A DNA stretch of 64,000 nt, taken from the NCBI RefSeq assembly GCF_963921235.1, contig NC_086108.1, positions 112,780,001-112,844,000 on the forward strand, in the 5' to 3' direction. A model generated the notes under the pieces. That model saw nothing but the letters and a program-made list of their open reading frames with translations, was not told where the DNA came from and did no database searches. The position numbers were made by a program, and so were the translations under genes. This document shows positions 36,977-49,685 of the stretch, in pieces. This DNA comes from Mobula hypostoma. Taxonomy: Eukaryota. The stretch's first letter is position 1. Each line of letters starts with the position of its first letter.

Positions 36977-39169
36977 TGTGGATGAAGAGTCCCAGCCTGA
37001 AACATCAACTGTTTATTCTTCTTCATTGATGCTGCCTGACCTGCTGAGTTCCTCCGACGTCCTGTGTGTATTGCCACAGCCTGTGCATTCACTTTCAAGG
37101 ACCTTTTACAACTCATGTTCTTAATATTATTTACTTTTTTTTAAGTGGAATAGAACTGGAGGTTGTGGGTTAAGAGTGAAAGGGGAAATGTTTCACTCAG
37201 ACGGTGAGAGTGTGGAACAAGCTGCCAGCGAGAGTGGTGGATGTGGGTTTGATCGCAATGTTTAAGAGAAGATTGGATAGATACATGGATGGGAGGGGTT
37301 CAGAGGGCTGTGTTTGAGAGTAGGTCATTGTGTTTAGGCAGATTAATAGATCAGCATGGATTAAATGGGCCGAAGGTCCTGTTTCTGCGCTGTAGTGCTC
37401 TGTGACTATTATTTGTACAACTTGCCTTCCCTTTGCACATTGGTTGTTTGTCTTTGTTTATATATAGTGTTTCATCAATTCTATTGCATTTATTTTCCTG
37501 TAAATGCCTGCAAGAAAATGAATCTCAAAGTAGTACGTAGTCACATATACATATACTAGACATAGAAGCAGAATTAGGCCATTCAGCCCATCGAGTCTGC
37601 TCCACCATACAATCACGGCTGCTTTATTATCCCTCTTAACCCCATTCACCTGCTTTCTCCCATAATCTTTGAACCGATCAAACCCTGCTTTAAATATACT
37701 CAATGACTTGGCCTCCACGTCTGTGGCAATGTATTCCACAGATTCATCACCCTCTGGATAAAGCAATTCCTCCTCATCTCTGTCCCTCTCGTCTGAGGCT
37801 GTCCCCAATAATCCTAGACTCCATATCCACTCTATTTAGGCGTTTCAACGTTTGATATGTTTCAGTAAGTTCACCCTCATTTTTCTAAATTCCAGTGAGT
37901 ACAGACCCAGAGCATCAAGATAAGGTGGATGTGGAGAGGATGTTTCCCACAGTGGGCCAGACAGCATAGAAGCTTTTGATTATACATTTACTTTGATTTT
38001 TGTCTTTGTCTCCTTGCTGTTTTCACAGGGTTTTAATTTTTGCACAGAGAACATCTGTAGCCCATCACGTTGCTGCATTCTTTTGTGGTTTTATACCTGC
38101 CGGCCGGTAATCCAATGCAGTAGAGAGGATTCTTTCCCCAGACTCAGAACCTTCTTCAAACGGATGTCTGAAGTTCAGTGCCAGTGGAGGAATGCAGATA
38201 TTACTAGGCATTCACTAGAAACATCAGTCCACTGAAATAAAATGCTGCTTCTTTTCAAATATATAGAGTATGAAATCACATTACTCATACCGGCAGACAG
38301 AGCTGGGTTTCTATAAATGCTTTGCACTTTGTGCAGTTCCGGAGACCTATCCACAGGGAAGATAGCAATACAAGTGAAAGGGAGAAAATTGACAAGTGTG
38401 TTGCCAGGACTTGAGGACCTGGGTGACAGGGAAAGTTGAGTAGGTTAGGTCTTTATTCCCTGGACCATTGTGGAATGAGGGCAGATTTGACAGAGGTACA
38501 CAAAATTATGAGGGTATAGGCGGGTTAAATGGAAACAGACTTTTTCCACTGAGTTTGCGTGAGACTACAACTAGAGGTGTTGGGTTAAGTGTGGAAGGTG
38601 AATCATTTAAGGGGAACATGAGGGGTAACTCCTTCACTCAGAGGGCGGTAAACTGACTTAGTGCACCTGAATCTCTTGTCCATGTCTGCATGCTTTTATG
38701 CATTGAGTTGCTGCCACATGATTGACTGATTAGAGATTTGCATTAACTAGCAGGTCATAGAGCCATTGAAAAGTACAGCACAGAAACGTGCCCTTTGGCC
38801 CATCCAGTCTGTGCCAAGCCATTTAAACTGCCTACTCCCATCGACCTGCACTGGGACCATAGCCCTCCATACCCCTACCACCCATGTACCTATCCAAACT
38901 TCTCTTAAATGATGACATCGAGTTCGCATGCACCACGTCTGAATGTTCCACATTCTCATGACCCTCTGAGTGAAGGAGTTTCCCCTTAAACTTTTCACCT
39001 TTCACCCTTAACCCATGACTTCTGGTTATGGACTTAGTAGAAAAAGCCTGCTTGCATTTATCCTATCTATACCCCTCATAGTTTTGTATACCTGTATCAA
39101 ATCTCTCAATCTTCTACACTCCAAGGAATGAAGTCCCATCCTATTCAATCTTTCCTTCTAGCTCAGGTA

Positions 39170-40060
39170 TTCATAGAAACATAGAAAACCTACAGCACAA
39201 TCCAGGGCTTTTGGCCCACAATGCTGTGCTGAACATGTACTTACTTTAGAAATTACCTAGGCTTACCCATAGCCCTTATTTTTCTAAGCTCCATGTACTT
39301 ATTCAGGAGTCTGCAAAAGACCCTATCGGATCTGCCTCCTCCACAGTCGCCGGCAGCCCATTCCACACACTCACCACTCTCTGCGTAAAAAACTTACCCC
39401 TGACATCTCCTCTGTACCTACTTCCAATCACCTTAAAACTGTGACCTCTCGTGTTAGCCATTTCAGCCCTGGGAAAAAGCCTCTGACTAGCCACACGATC
39501 AATGCCCCTCATCATCTTAATCACCTCTATCAGGTCACCTCTCATCCTCCGCCGCTCCAAGGAGAAAAGGCCGAGTTTACTCAACTAAGGCCGAGTTCAC
39601 TCAGACCCGACAACATCGTTGTAAATTTTCTCTGTACTCTTTCAATCTTACTTACATCTTTCCTGGAGGTAGGTGACCAAAACTACACAGAATACTGTAC
39701 TCCAGATTAGGCCTCACCAATGTCTTAAACAACTTCAACATAACATCCCACCTCCTGTACTCAATACTCTGATTTATGAAGGCCAATGTGCCAAAAGCTT
39801 TATTTACGAACCTGTCAACCTGTGACACCACTTTCAATGAATTATGGACCTGTATTCCCAGATCTCTTTGTTCTACCACACTCCTCAGTGTCCTATCATT
39901 CACGGTGGAAGACCTACTCTGGTTGGTCTGACCGAAGTGAAGCACCTCACACTTGTCTGCATTAAATTCCATCTGCTATTTTTCAGCCCATTTTCCCAGC
40001 TAGTCCAAATCCCACTGCAAGCTGTGATAGTCTTCCTCACTGTCCAGTACACCCCCAACT
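39170..40060 (-). mobile_element. CR1 3' fragments
   Basis: FNADKCEVLHFG...LVRPNLEY and LGLFSLERRRMRGDLIEV; same 3' UTR as the 10911 copy. Confidence 0.85.
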
Positions 40061-40749
40061 TGTATGGGGACAGGTGTACCTAAAATGGCCGCTGAGTGCA
40101 CCTCAGTGATAATAAGCCCGATTCTGATTAGCCCAATTCTGTTCCAATGACTTAATGTCTTCACAAGCCATAGTAACAGGATTAGGCCATTTGGTCATCA
40201 CTCTCAACTCCATTCTCTTTCCTTCTCCCCAGAATCTTTGTTACCCTTACTAATCAAGAACCTATCAACTTCTGCTTTTAAATATACCCATTGACTGCTT
40301 CCACAGCCCCATGTGGCAATGAATTTCACGGATCACCACTTTCTGGCTAAAGAAATTCCCCATCAGCTATGTTCTAAATGGACGTCCTTCTATTCTGAGG
40401 CTGTGCCCTCTGGTACTAGACTCCCCCACTCCAGGAAACATCCCCTCCATATCCACTTTATCTATGCCTTTCAATATTTGATAGGCTTCAATGAAATCCC
40501 CCCTCATTCTTCTAATCCCCAGCGATTCTGATAGGACAGTCTCCTCCATTACTCCCCTAAACACTCCCCCCCTCCACCACCGGGTCACGGCGGCTGCAGT
40601 TACTGACTCATGTCACTCCGACATCCTCTCCGAAACCCACTGCCTCTCCCTCCAGAGGCCAAGGGCAAAGTTTAAAGTTCAAAGTAAAATGTACGATCAG
40701 AGAACATTCACGTCACTGCATACAACCCTGAAATTCTTCTTCCTGTTAT

Positions 40750-41775
40750 AGAATGGCAGGCAGTGACCAGTGGGGTACTGCAAGGCTCGGTGCTGGGACC
40801 GCAGCTATTTACAATATACATTAATGATTTAGATGAAGGGATTAAAAGTAACATTAGCAAATTTGCAGATGACACAAAGCTGGGTGGCAGTGTGAAATGT
40901 GATGAGGATGTTATGAGAATGCAGGGTGACTTGGACAGGTTGGGTGAGTGGGCAGATGCAGTTTAATGTGGATAAATGTGAGGTTATCCACTTTGGTGGC
41001 AAGAACAGGAAGGCAGATTACTATTTGAATGGTGTCAAGTTAGGAAAAGGGGAAGTACAACGAGATCTAGGTGTTCTTGTACATCAGTCACTGAAAGTAA
41101 GCATGCAGGTACAGCAGGCAGTGAAGAAAGCTAATGGCATGTTGGCCTTCATAACAAGGGGAGTTGAGTATAGGAGCAAAGAGGTCCTTCTGCAGTTGTA
41201 CAGGGCCCTGGTGAGACCACACCTGGCGTATTGTGTGCAGTTTTGGTCTCCAAATTTGAGGAAGGACATTCTTGTTATTGAGGGAGTGCAGCGTAGGCTC
41301 ACGAGGTTAATTCCCGGGATGGCAGGACTGTCATATGTTGAAAGACTGGAGCGACTGGGCTTGTATACTCTGGAATTTAGAAGGCTGAGAGGGGATCTTA
41401 TTGAAACATATAAGATTATTAAGGGATTGGACACGCTAGAGGGAGGAAACATGTTCCCGCTGATGGGTGAGTCCAGAACCAGAGGCCACAGTTTAAGAAT
41501 AAGGGGTAGACCACTTAGAACGGAGTTGAGGAAAAATTTTTTCACACAGAGGGTTGTGGATCTGTGGAATGCTCTGCCTCAGAAGGTAGTGGAGGTCAAT
41601 TCTCTGGATCCTTTCAAGAAAGAGTTAGATAGAGCTCTTAATGATAGCGGAGTCAAGGGATATGGGGAGAAGGCAGGAACAGGGTACTGATTGTGGATGA
41701 TCAGTCATGATCACAGTGAATGGTGGTGCTGGCTCGAAGGGCTGAATGGCCTACTCCTGCACCAATTATCTATAA
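40750..41775 (+). mobile_element. CR1 LINE 3' kilobase, little decayed
   Basis: [22 protein letters not shown]...KFADDTK; 254-aa ORF to the natural stop, then 3' UTR. Confidence 0.92.
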
Positions 41776-42594
41776 TAGTAACTGAAAACAGAATCAATGA
41801 AAGAGCGCGAGCATGGAAGACAATAAATAAATAATAACAAATAAATAATAACGAGAGCATGAAATAAGAAGTCAAAGAGTCCTTATCATGAGATCATTGG
41901 TTGTGGGAGCTCCTTAATACAGGAGTGAAGTTATCCCCTTTTGTTCAAGAGCCTGATGGTTGAGGGGTAGTAACTGTTCTTGAACTTGGTAGTGTGAGTC
42001 CTGAGGCACCTGTACCTCCTACCTGATGGCAGCCTGGGTGGTGAGGATCTTTGATGATGGATGCTGCTTTTCTATGGCAATATTTCATGTAGATATGCTC
42101 AATGGTTGGGAGAGTGCTACCTGTGATACACTAGGCCATATCCAGTAACTTTGTAGGATTTTCCTTTCAAAGGCATTGGTGTTCCCATACCATGTTGTAA
42201 TGCAGCCAGTCAGCACACTTCCCACCACAGATCTATAGAAGTTTGTAAAGGTTTTTGATGACATGCCAAATCTCCAGAGCCTTCTAAGGAAGTCGAGGTG
42301 CTGTTGTGTTTTCTTTGCAATTACATTTATACGATAGGTCCAGGACCAGTCCTCTGAGATAACAACACTGAGATAAGTTACTGACCCTTTCCAACTCTGA
42401 ACCTCTGATGATTACCGGCTCATGGACCTCTGGTTTCCCTCTCCTGAGTCCTCGGTCTTGCTGACATTGTGAGAGGTTGTGGTTATGGCACCACACCGTC
42501 GTTGTTTTTTGTTGCACGTCGTGCCCTGACCAGCACAGCACAGCAAATTCCTAACACGTTAATGTATATAGCGAATAACGTTGGTCCTTGATCC

Positions 42595-43210
42595 GACAAC
42601 CCTGTCGTGGTTTGGAGGCTGGCGTGCCTCAATGACCCGGAGAACGGTGCTGGCTGGGGTCAGGGCTTTAGGCTTTGGTTCCAGGTAGGGTCACCCATGC
42701 CAAAGATGTCAAAAGGATAGAGGCCAGACTGGTCCTCTGGTCCTCCAGGTTCGGGGGTTCAGCTCGGGGCTAACAACCCTGACTGGTAAAACAAAACTCT
42801 TACAGAAACAGTAATGAAGAACCCTTCTACACCAGAGTGCCACGGTATTCTTGAATCTCCACTGCGACTTGCATGGTTGACAGTAGTGCAAACCCAGGAA
42901 GCTACTGACATGATGAATCTCTGCCACGGGAAACAGTTGCAGCCAGTTCATTGGCCATATTTAAGAGGGAGTTAGATATGGCCCTTGTGGCTAAAGGGAT
43001 CAGGGGGTATGGAGGGAAGGCTGGTACAGGGTTCTGAGTTGGATGATCAGCCATGATAATACTGAATGGCGGTGCAGGCTCGAAGGGCCGAATGGCCCAC
43101 TCCTGCACCTATTTTCAATGTTTCTATGAAGGAAGCCCTGAACACTGCTCGGGATGGAGGACCTTCATTGCCGCCGTTAACGCCAGCGGTGTAACTGGCA
43201 GTAAGTGAAT
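42595..43210 (+). mobile_element. Bipartite non-autonomous RTE (Expander/Rex3-like 5' UTR + RTE tail) with a CR1 3' end inserted at about 42918-43125
   Basis: CCTGTCGTGGTTTGGAGGCT...CTCAATGACCC...GGTAGGGTCACCCATGCC; ATGAA on both sides of the CR1 piece. Confidence 0.6.
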
Positions 43211-43476
43211 AATTTGATCCTTGACATTGTGCCCTTGTGTCACTTGGTAACGGGTCACAGGGATACGAGTGACTCCACTGAGAACAGATTAGGGAGTGTT
43301 CCTGGCACAGGAGATCTGTATTGGATGACAGAGTAATTCTAAGTTTAGCTTTCTAAGAAAAAGCAGAAAAAAACTGGTGTTTCAAATTCTAAAAACAATT
43401 TCATTACCAATCCACAAGTTACCGTGAGATTCACATTCTTTGCATTTAATCCTGCGTAGTCTTTACACAAGTCTCC

Positions 43477-44935
43477 ACCTCCACCATGGATGGTGCCAAG
43501 CCCGGCAGCACAAGGAGAGGGGTTGGGTATGAACTCCCCATGGATGGTCCCAATTCCGGCAGCACAAGGAGAGGGGTTGGGTAAGAACTCCCCATGGATG
43601 GTCCCAATTCCGGCAGCACAAGGAGAGGGGTTGGGTAAGAACTCCCCATGGATGGTCCCAATTCCGGCAGCACAAGGAGAGGGGTTGGGTATGAACTCCC
43701 CATGGATGGTCCCAATTCCGGCAGCACAAGGAGAGGGGTTGGGTATGAACTCCCCATGGATGGTCCCAATTCCGGCAGCACAAGGAGAGGGGTTGGGTAT
43801 GAACTCCCCATGGATGGTCCCAATTCCGGCAGCACAAGGAGAGGGGTTGGGTATGAACTCCCCATGGATGGTCCCAATTCCGGCAGCACAAGGAGAGGGG
43901 TTGGGTATGAACTCCCCATGGATGGTCCCAATTCCGGCAGCACAAGGAGAGGGGTTGGGTAAGAACTCCCCATGGATGGTCCCAATTCCAGCAGCACAAG
44001 GAGAGGGGTTGGGTAAGAACTCCCCATGGATGGTCCCAATTCCGGCAGCACAAGGAGAGGGGTTGGGTATGAACTCCTCATGGATGGTCCCAATTCCGGC
44101 AGCACAAGGAGAGGGGTTGGGTTAGAACTCCCCATGGATGGTCCCAATTCCGGCAGCACAAGGAGAGGGGTTGGGTATGAACTCCCCATGGATGGTCCCA
44201 ATTCCGGCAGCACAAGGAGAGGGGTTGGGTATGAACTCCCCATGGATGGTCCCAATTCCGGCAGCACAAGGAGAGGGGTTGGGTAAGAACTCCCCATGGA
44301 TGGTCCCAATTCCGGCAGCACAAGGAGAGGGGTTGGGTAAGAACTCCCCATGGATGGTCCCAATTCCGGCAGCACAAGGAGAGGGGTTGGGTATGAACTC
44401 CCCATGGATGGTCCCAATTCCGGCTGCACAAGGAGAGGGGTTGGGTATGAACTCCCCATGGATGGTCCCAATTCCGGCAGCACAAGGAGAGGGGTTGGGT
44501 AAGAACTCCCCATGGATGGTCCCAATTCCAGCAGCACAAGGAGAGGGGTTGGGTAAGAACTCCCCATGGATGGTCCCAATTCCGGCAGCACAAGGAGAGG
44601 GGTTGGGTAAGAACTCCCCATGGATGGTCCCAATTCCGGCAGCACAAGGAGAGGGGTTGGGTATGAACTCCTCATGGATGGTCCCAATTCCGGCAGCACA
44701 AGGAGAGGGGTTGGGTTAGAACTCCCCATGGATGGTCCCAATTCCGGCAGCACAAGGAGAGGGGTTGGGTATGAACTCCCCATGGATGGTCCCAATTCCG
44801 GCAGCACAAGGAGAGGGGTTGGGTATGAACTCCCCATGGATGGTCCCAATTCCGGCAGCACAAGGAGAGGGGTTGGGTTAGAACTCCCCATGGACGGTCC
44901 CAATTCCGGCTGAGAGAGGAGGAGGAGGGTTGGAC
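43477..44935 (+). repeat. 54-bp tandem array, 27 units, derived from a twister-ribozyme-like 5' end of an RTE-type element that continues to about 45130
   Basis: Unit GAACTCCCCATGGATGGTCCCAATTCCGGCAGCACAAGGAGAGGGGTTGGGTAT; 25 internal units 43531-44880 plus divergent first and last units; the right flank matches 25340-25545 in reverse complement. Confidence 0.92.
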
Positions 44936-47724
44936 ATAGGGCTAGCAACCCCATCACATAAAAAACTCAGAGCCAAAGCAACGCTGATAGAAGCTCCAAA
45001 GACCTCATCCCTGAAACAGGAAGGATCTTCTGTGGGTTACAGCTTGAAAACCTGAAGGACTATCCCAGGACAGAGGACTCTGGTGAGCTACTGTCAGTGG
45101 CCTATGACCCAGCAGGGATGATAGACTTAGGGAACGGAGACGAGGAAAAAATTCTTTTGCCAGAGGGCGGTGAATCTGTGGAATTCTTTGCCCCAGACGG
45201 CTTTGCAGGTCAAGTCACTGGGTATGTTTAGGGTGGAGGCTGATAGGCCCTTGATAAGTCAGGGCGTCGAAGGTTACAGGGAGAGGCAGGAGAATGGGGG
45301 TTGTGAAGGATACCAAGTCAGCCATAATGGAATGGCAGCACAGACTCTATGGGCCAAATGGCCTCATTTTGCTCCATGTCTTGTGGTGTCTTAAGAAGAC
45401 CTTCCATAATCTCTCCCTTTACAGAGGATTGTCTCATATCCAGACCACTGAGATTACATTCAGAGGATATGCTTGACATTACAGAATTCAATCCAATGCC
45501 AGATTAAAAATAACCTGGTGGCTGGCAGACAAAAGATAAATAATCATTTCATCCACACAGTTCCAGATATCTGGGAAGTTTCTGTAGAAGGGGAAATGTT
45601 AAAGATGCAAGTGGGCTGATTATATTTCAGTCATTAATACACATAAACTAAATAAAACTGGCCATTTATAAATACCGGGTAAAAGGAGTCAGCTACGCCT
45701 ACATTCCTGCCTGTGGTACACAAGGCTGTCGGTTACTCCAGAAACAGCAGCAAACAAAACACAAGATGCTGGCAATCCTGAGCAACACACACAAAATGCT
45801 GGAGGAACTCAGCAGGTTAGGCAGCATCTATGGAGCTGAATAAACAGGCGACATTTCAGGCCAAGGCCGTTCATCAGGACTGGAAAGGATGGGAGAAGAA
45901 GCCAGAATAAGAAAGGGTGGGGGGGAGAGGCCAAGGCGTATGAGCTAGAAGGTGAAAGGTGAAGCCAGGTGTGTGGGGTGGACAGGATGAAGAAAGAAGC
46001 TGGGAGGTGATAGATGGAAAATGCAAAGAAGAAAAATATCTGATAGGAGAGAATGCATAGAGTTGGGGGCGGGGGATATATTAGCATGGACAGAGGACTG
46101 GTTAACCAATAGAAAGCAGAGAATTGGATATATGGGTGTTACTCTGGTTGTTGAGCAATATGCCACGGGTGCTAGACCCGCAACTGTTCACGATATACAT
46201 TAACGATCTGGTAGAGGGGACCGATGCAGTGTATCTAATCACAAACAAGGGTATCTAAATACAAACTTCGAGCATCTAATAAATTTGCTGATGATACTAA
46301 ATTGAGTGGAAAAGCAAATTGTGCGGAAGACACCTCCTTGCAGAGAACTGAGTTGCAAACTCCGACAGGCCGAGCTGAATAGTGTCACAGTAACTGCTCT
46401 GCTCCAGTGGCACCCCACGTTTTGTAGCATGTATCGGGAACAGTGACTTTCACTATTCATCCTCAATCCAGTCCAAAGCACCACACGGTAGCGCCATGGT
46501 TACCATAGAACTTTACAGCACGGGCCACCTTTGTCTTTAAGGAGTTTGCATGTTCTCTCCGCGTTCTCTCCCACATTCCAGAGTTTGGTTAGGGTTAGCC
46601 AGTCGAGGGCATGATACATTGGCACTGGAAGTGTGGTAGCACTGATGGGCTTTCGTTGCTGATTTGATTTGACACAAACACTGCATTTCACAGAACGCTC
46701 GACGTACATGTGACAAAGTTTTCTTTCTCCCTCTCCTCTGCTGAGACTCTGTCACGTGGTCCATGACATGGCTACCAGATTAGGGAAAGGTCATTTACAC
46801 TGAGTTTTGCGTGGGAATATCCCTCAGAGGAATCTCTGCAATTCTCCACCCAGAGGATGTGGCGGCTGGGTCACTGGTGGGTGGGGTTTAAAGAGGAGGG
46901 AGAGAAATGCTTATAGTTTGATAAATTCCACCCATCCCTCCCTGTTCTGCAACTTGTCCGTCCCACATCTCGCAAAAAAGTGCTGGAAAGTCTCAGCAGG
47001 TCAGGCAGCACCAGCAGGAGGGAACTTTAGAGTACAAGATTCACTTCATTTGTCACGTGTAAACTGAAACATACTGTGAAATGTGTTGTTCAGGGTCAAT
47101 GACCAACACAGCTTGAGGATTGTGCTGGGGCAGCGGACAAGTGTCACCATGCTTCCAGTGCCAACCATGGCATGGCTGCAGCTCACTACCCCGAACCCGT
47201 ACGTCTTTGGAATGTGGGAGGAAATGTGAGAAACTGCAGAAAACCCAGCAGTCACGGAAAGTACAGATTCCTTACCGACAGCAGCGGGAATTGAACCTCG
47301 ATCGTTAGAGCTGTAATGTACTGTGCTAGCCACTTGCCATCCTGCTGCCTTTGTGTCTCTCTCTCTCTCACACACAACAGACATACTAGTAATTTCTTTT
47401 TCTGCGTCAGATTTAAAACATTGGCAAGTTTTTCAGTTTTCAATATTATGAATATTATTTTGTTCACAGATCCAACCCACCTGTTTTATCAGCTCTACAG
47501 CCACAGTGAAATATTCCTGTCCGTATTCTCGACAAGTTGGACAGTGATTCAATAGGGTGATGAGGTTCTTCAGCAAATTTATTCTGATCGTTTACAAAAC
47601 ATAATGCTTCCAAATGTGGCATGAACAAAGTCCCAGTAGACAAAGAACTGGAGCTGGTCCCACCCAACTCTGCATTGAGAAAGAATGCTAGAGCGCTGGG
47701 CCCAGTACAGATTTACTCAGGAAC

Positions 47725-47801
47725 CTATCTGACTTCCCCCTCTTCCATTTCATCCTCTGACGAGGAGTCCGTGTTGTTCTGAGAACCTTCATCCGAGTTA
47801 C
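47725..47801 (-). CDS. ZNHIT6: ZNHIT6 last coding exon (acidic tail)
   Basis: Minus strand cttttccttgtcag|; in phase with the previous exon gives SNSDEGSQNNTDSSSEDEMEEGEVR*; AATAAA on minus at 47578-47583. Confidence 0.78.
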
Positions 47802-47849
47802 CTGACAAGGAAAAGAACAGTCACTGTCAAACTGAAATCTGACACCTCT

Positions 47850-48532
47850 TAGTACCACCCCTCCCACAGTGTGACCCTCCCTCAGTACCACCCCTCCCAC
47901 AGTGTGACCCTCTCTCAGTACCACCCCTCCCACAGTGTGACCCTCCCTCAGTACCACCCCCCCACAGTGTGACCCTCCATCGTTACCACCCCTCCCACAG
48001 TGTGACCCTCCCTCAGTACCACCCCTCCCACAGTGTGACCCTCCCTCAGTACCATCCCTCCCACAGTGTGACCCTCCCTCGTTACCACCCCTCCCACAGT
48101 GTGACCCACCCTCAGTACCACCCCTCCCACAGTGTGACCCTCCTTCGTTACCACCCCTCCCACAGTGTGACCCTCCCTCAGTACCACCCCTCCCACAGTG
48201 TGACCCTCCCTCAGTACCACCCCCCCACAGTGTGACCCTCCCTCGGTACCGCCCTTCCCACAGTGTGACTCTCCCTCAGTACCGCCCCTCCCACAGTGTG
48301 ACCCTCCTTCGGTACCGCCCCTCCCACAGTGTGACTCTCCCTCGGTACCGCCCCTCCCACAGTGTGACCCTCCCTCGGTACCACCTCTCCCACAGTGTGA
48401 CCCTCCCTCGGTACCACCCCTCCCACAGTGTGACCCTCCCTCAGTACCACCCCCCAACAGTGTGACCCTCCCTCAGTACCACCCCTCCCACAGTGACCCT
48501 CCCTCAGTACCGCCCCTCCCACAGTGTGACCC
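47850..48532. repeat. 33-bp minisatellite (about 20 copies) in the last ZNHIT6 intron
   Basis: Unit CACAGTGTGACCCTCCCTCAGTACCACCCCTCC. Confidence 0.95.
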
Positions 48533-49124
48533 CCTTTTTTTTAAACAAACCCTCATTCACCAATAAAATATGATACCCTAAATCAGAGCTTCATAAAGTA
48601 TTTGCAATTTCAAATTAAAATACAGTCAGCGCTGTCTGCAACACATTCGTACCTCCGAGGAGCCCACCTATCCCAGAGACCCCCCCCATTGTACCCATGG
48701 TGACTGTGCACTCTTTCCGGAGGCACTAGGAGATGGATGTAACCCTGCAGAGGTGCTGCATTCAGCTCGGGCAGAACCCTGGGCAGCACCTACAGCAGTA
48801 GGAGTTAAAGAGGACTGGGTTGGTCACCAAAGGCCCCATCTTGCAGGTCATGCTCTCTTCTCAGCACCCACAGCACCAGGCTCAGGGTCGGTTACTACCC
48901 CTCTACCATCGAGCTCCTGAACCGGAGGGATAACTTCACTCACCCCAACACTGAACTGATGAAGGACTCTTCATCTCAGTCTCTCGACATTTATTTATTG
49001 ATTATTTTTTCTTTCTTTGTGGAGTGGAGAGTGAGTTTGTAATTCTGGCAGGAACAAAGGATGTTGGGAATGGCGAGGGTGGACAGCAACGGGGGGGGCG
49101 GTGTGGGACAGGTGGCAGAGGAGG

Positions 49125-49685
49125 AGTGGCAGTGACCACACATTTTAATTCCACATCCCATTCCCATTCTGACATGTCTATCCACGGCCTCCTCTACTGT
49201 AAAGATGAAGCCACACTCAGGTTGGAGGAACAACACCTTATATTCCGTCTGGGTAGCCTCCAACCTGATGGCATGAACATCGACTTCTCTAACTTCTGCT
49301 AATGCCCCACCTCCCCTTCGTACCCCATCTGTTATTTATTTTTATACACACATTCTTTCTCTCACTCTCCTTTTTCTCCCTCTGTCCCTCTGACTATACC
49401 CCTTGCCCATCCTCTGGGTCCCCCCCCCTTGTCTTTCTCCCCGGACCTCCTGTCCCAAGATCCTCTCATATCCCTTTTGCCTATCACCTGTCCAGCTCTT
49501 GGCTCCATCCCTCCCTCTCCTGTCTTCTCCTATCATTTTGGATCTCCCCCTCCCCCTCCCACTTTCAAATCTCTTACTCACTCTTCCTTCAGTTAGTCCT
49601 GACGAAGGGTCTCGGCCTGAAACGTCGACTGCACCTCTTCCTAGAGATGCTGCCTGGCCTGCTGCGTTCACCAGCAACTTTTAAG
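49125..49685 (+). mobile_element. Penelope-like element 3' end (end of GIY-YIG ORF + pseudo-LTR)
   Basis: HFNSTSHSHSDMSIHGLLYCKDEATLRLEEQHLIFRLGSLQPDGMNIDFSNF; highly similar to the reverse complement of 61715-62280. Confidence 0.9.
49595..49630 (+). ncRNA. Minimal type I hammerhead ribozyme motif (Penelope-associated)
   Basis: AGUC-CUGACGA-AGG[GUCUCGG]CCU-GAA-ACGU-C^-GACU: stem I AGUC/GACU, conserved core, stem II, palindromic ACGU in place of stem III, GUC site ending at 49626. Confidence 0.8.

Noticed and set aside
43446..44957. 503-aa repetitive ORF (PELGPSMGSSYPTPLLVL)n and overlapping ORFs
   Set aside because: Consequence of a 54-bp (18-codon) unit; no promoter or splice context; the unit is explained by a retroelement 5' end
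47688..48522. ORFs with VVLREGHTVGG repeats, including 47688-47957
   Set aside because: 33-bp minisatellite; the real ZNHIT6 exon at 47725-47801 is read in a different frame
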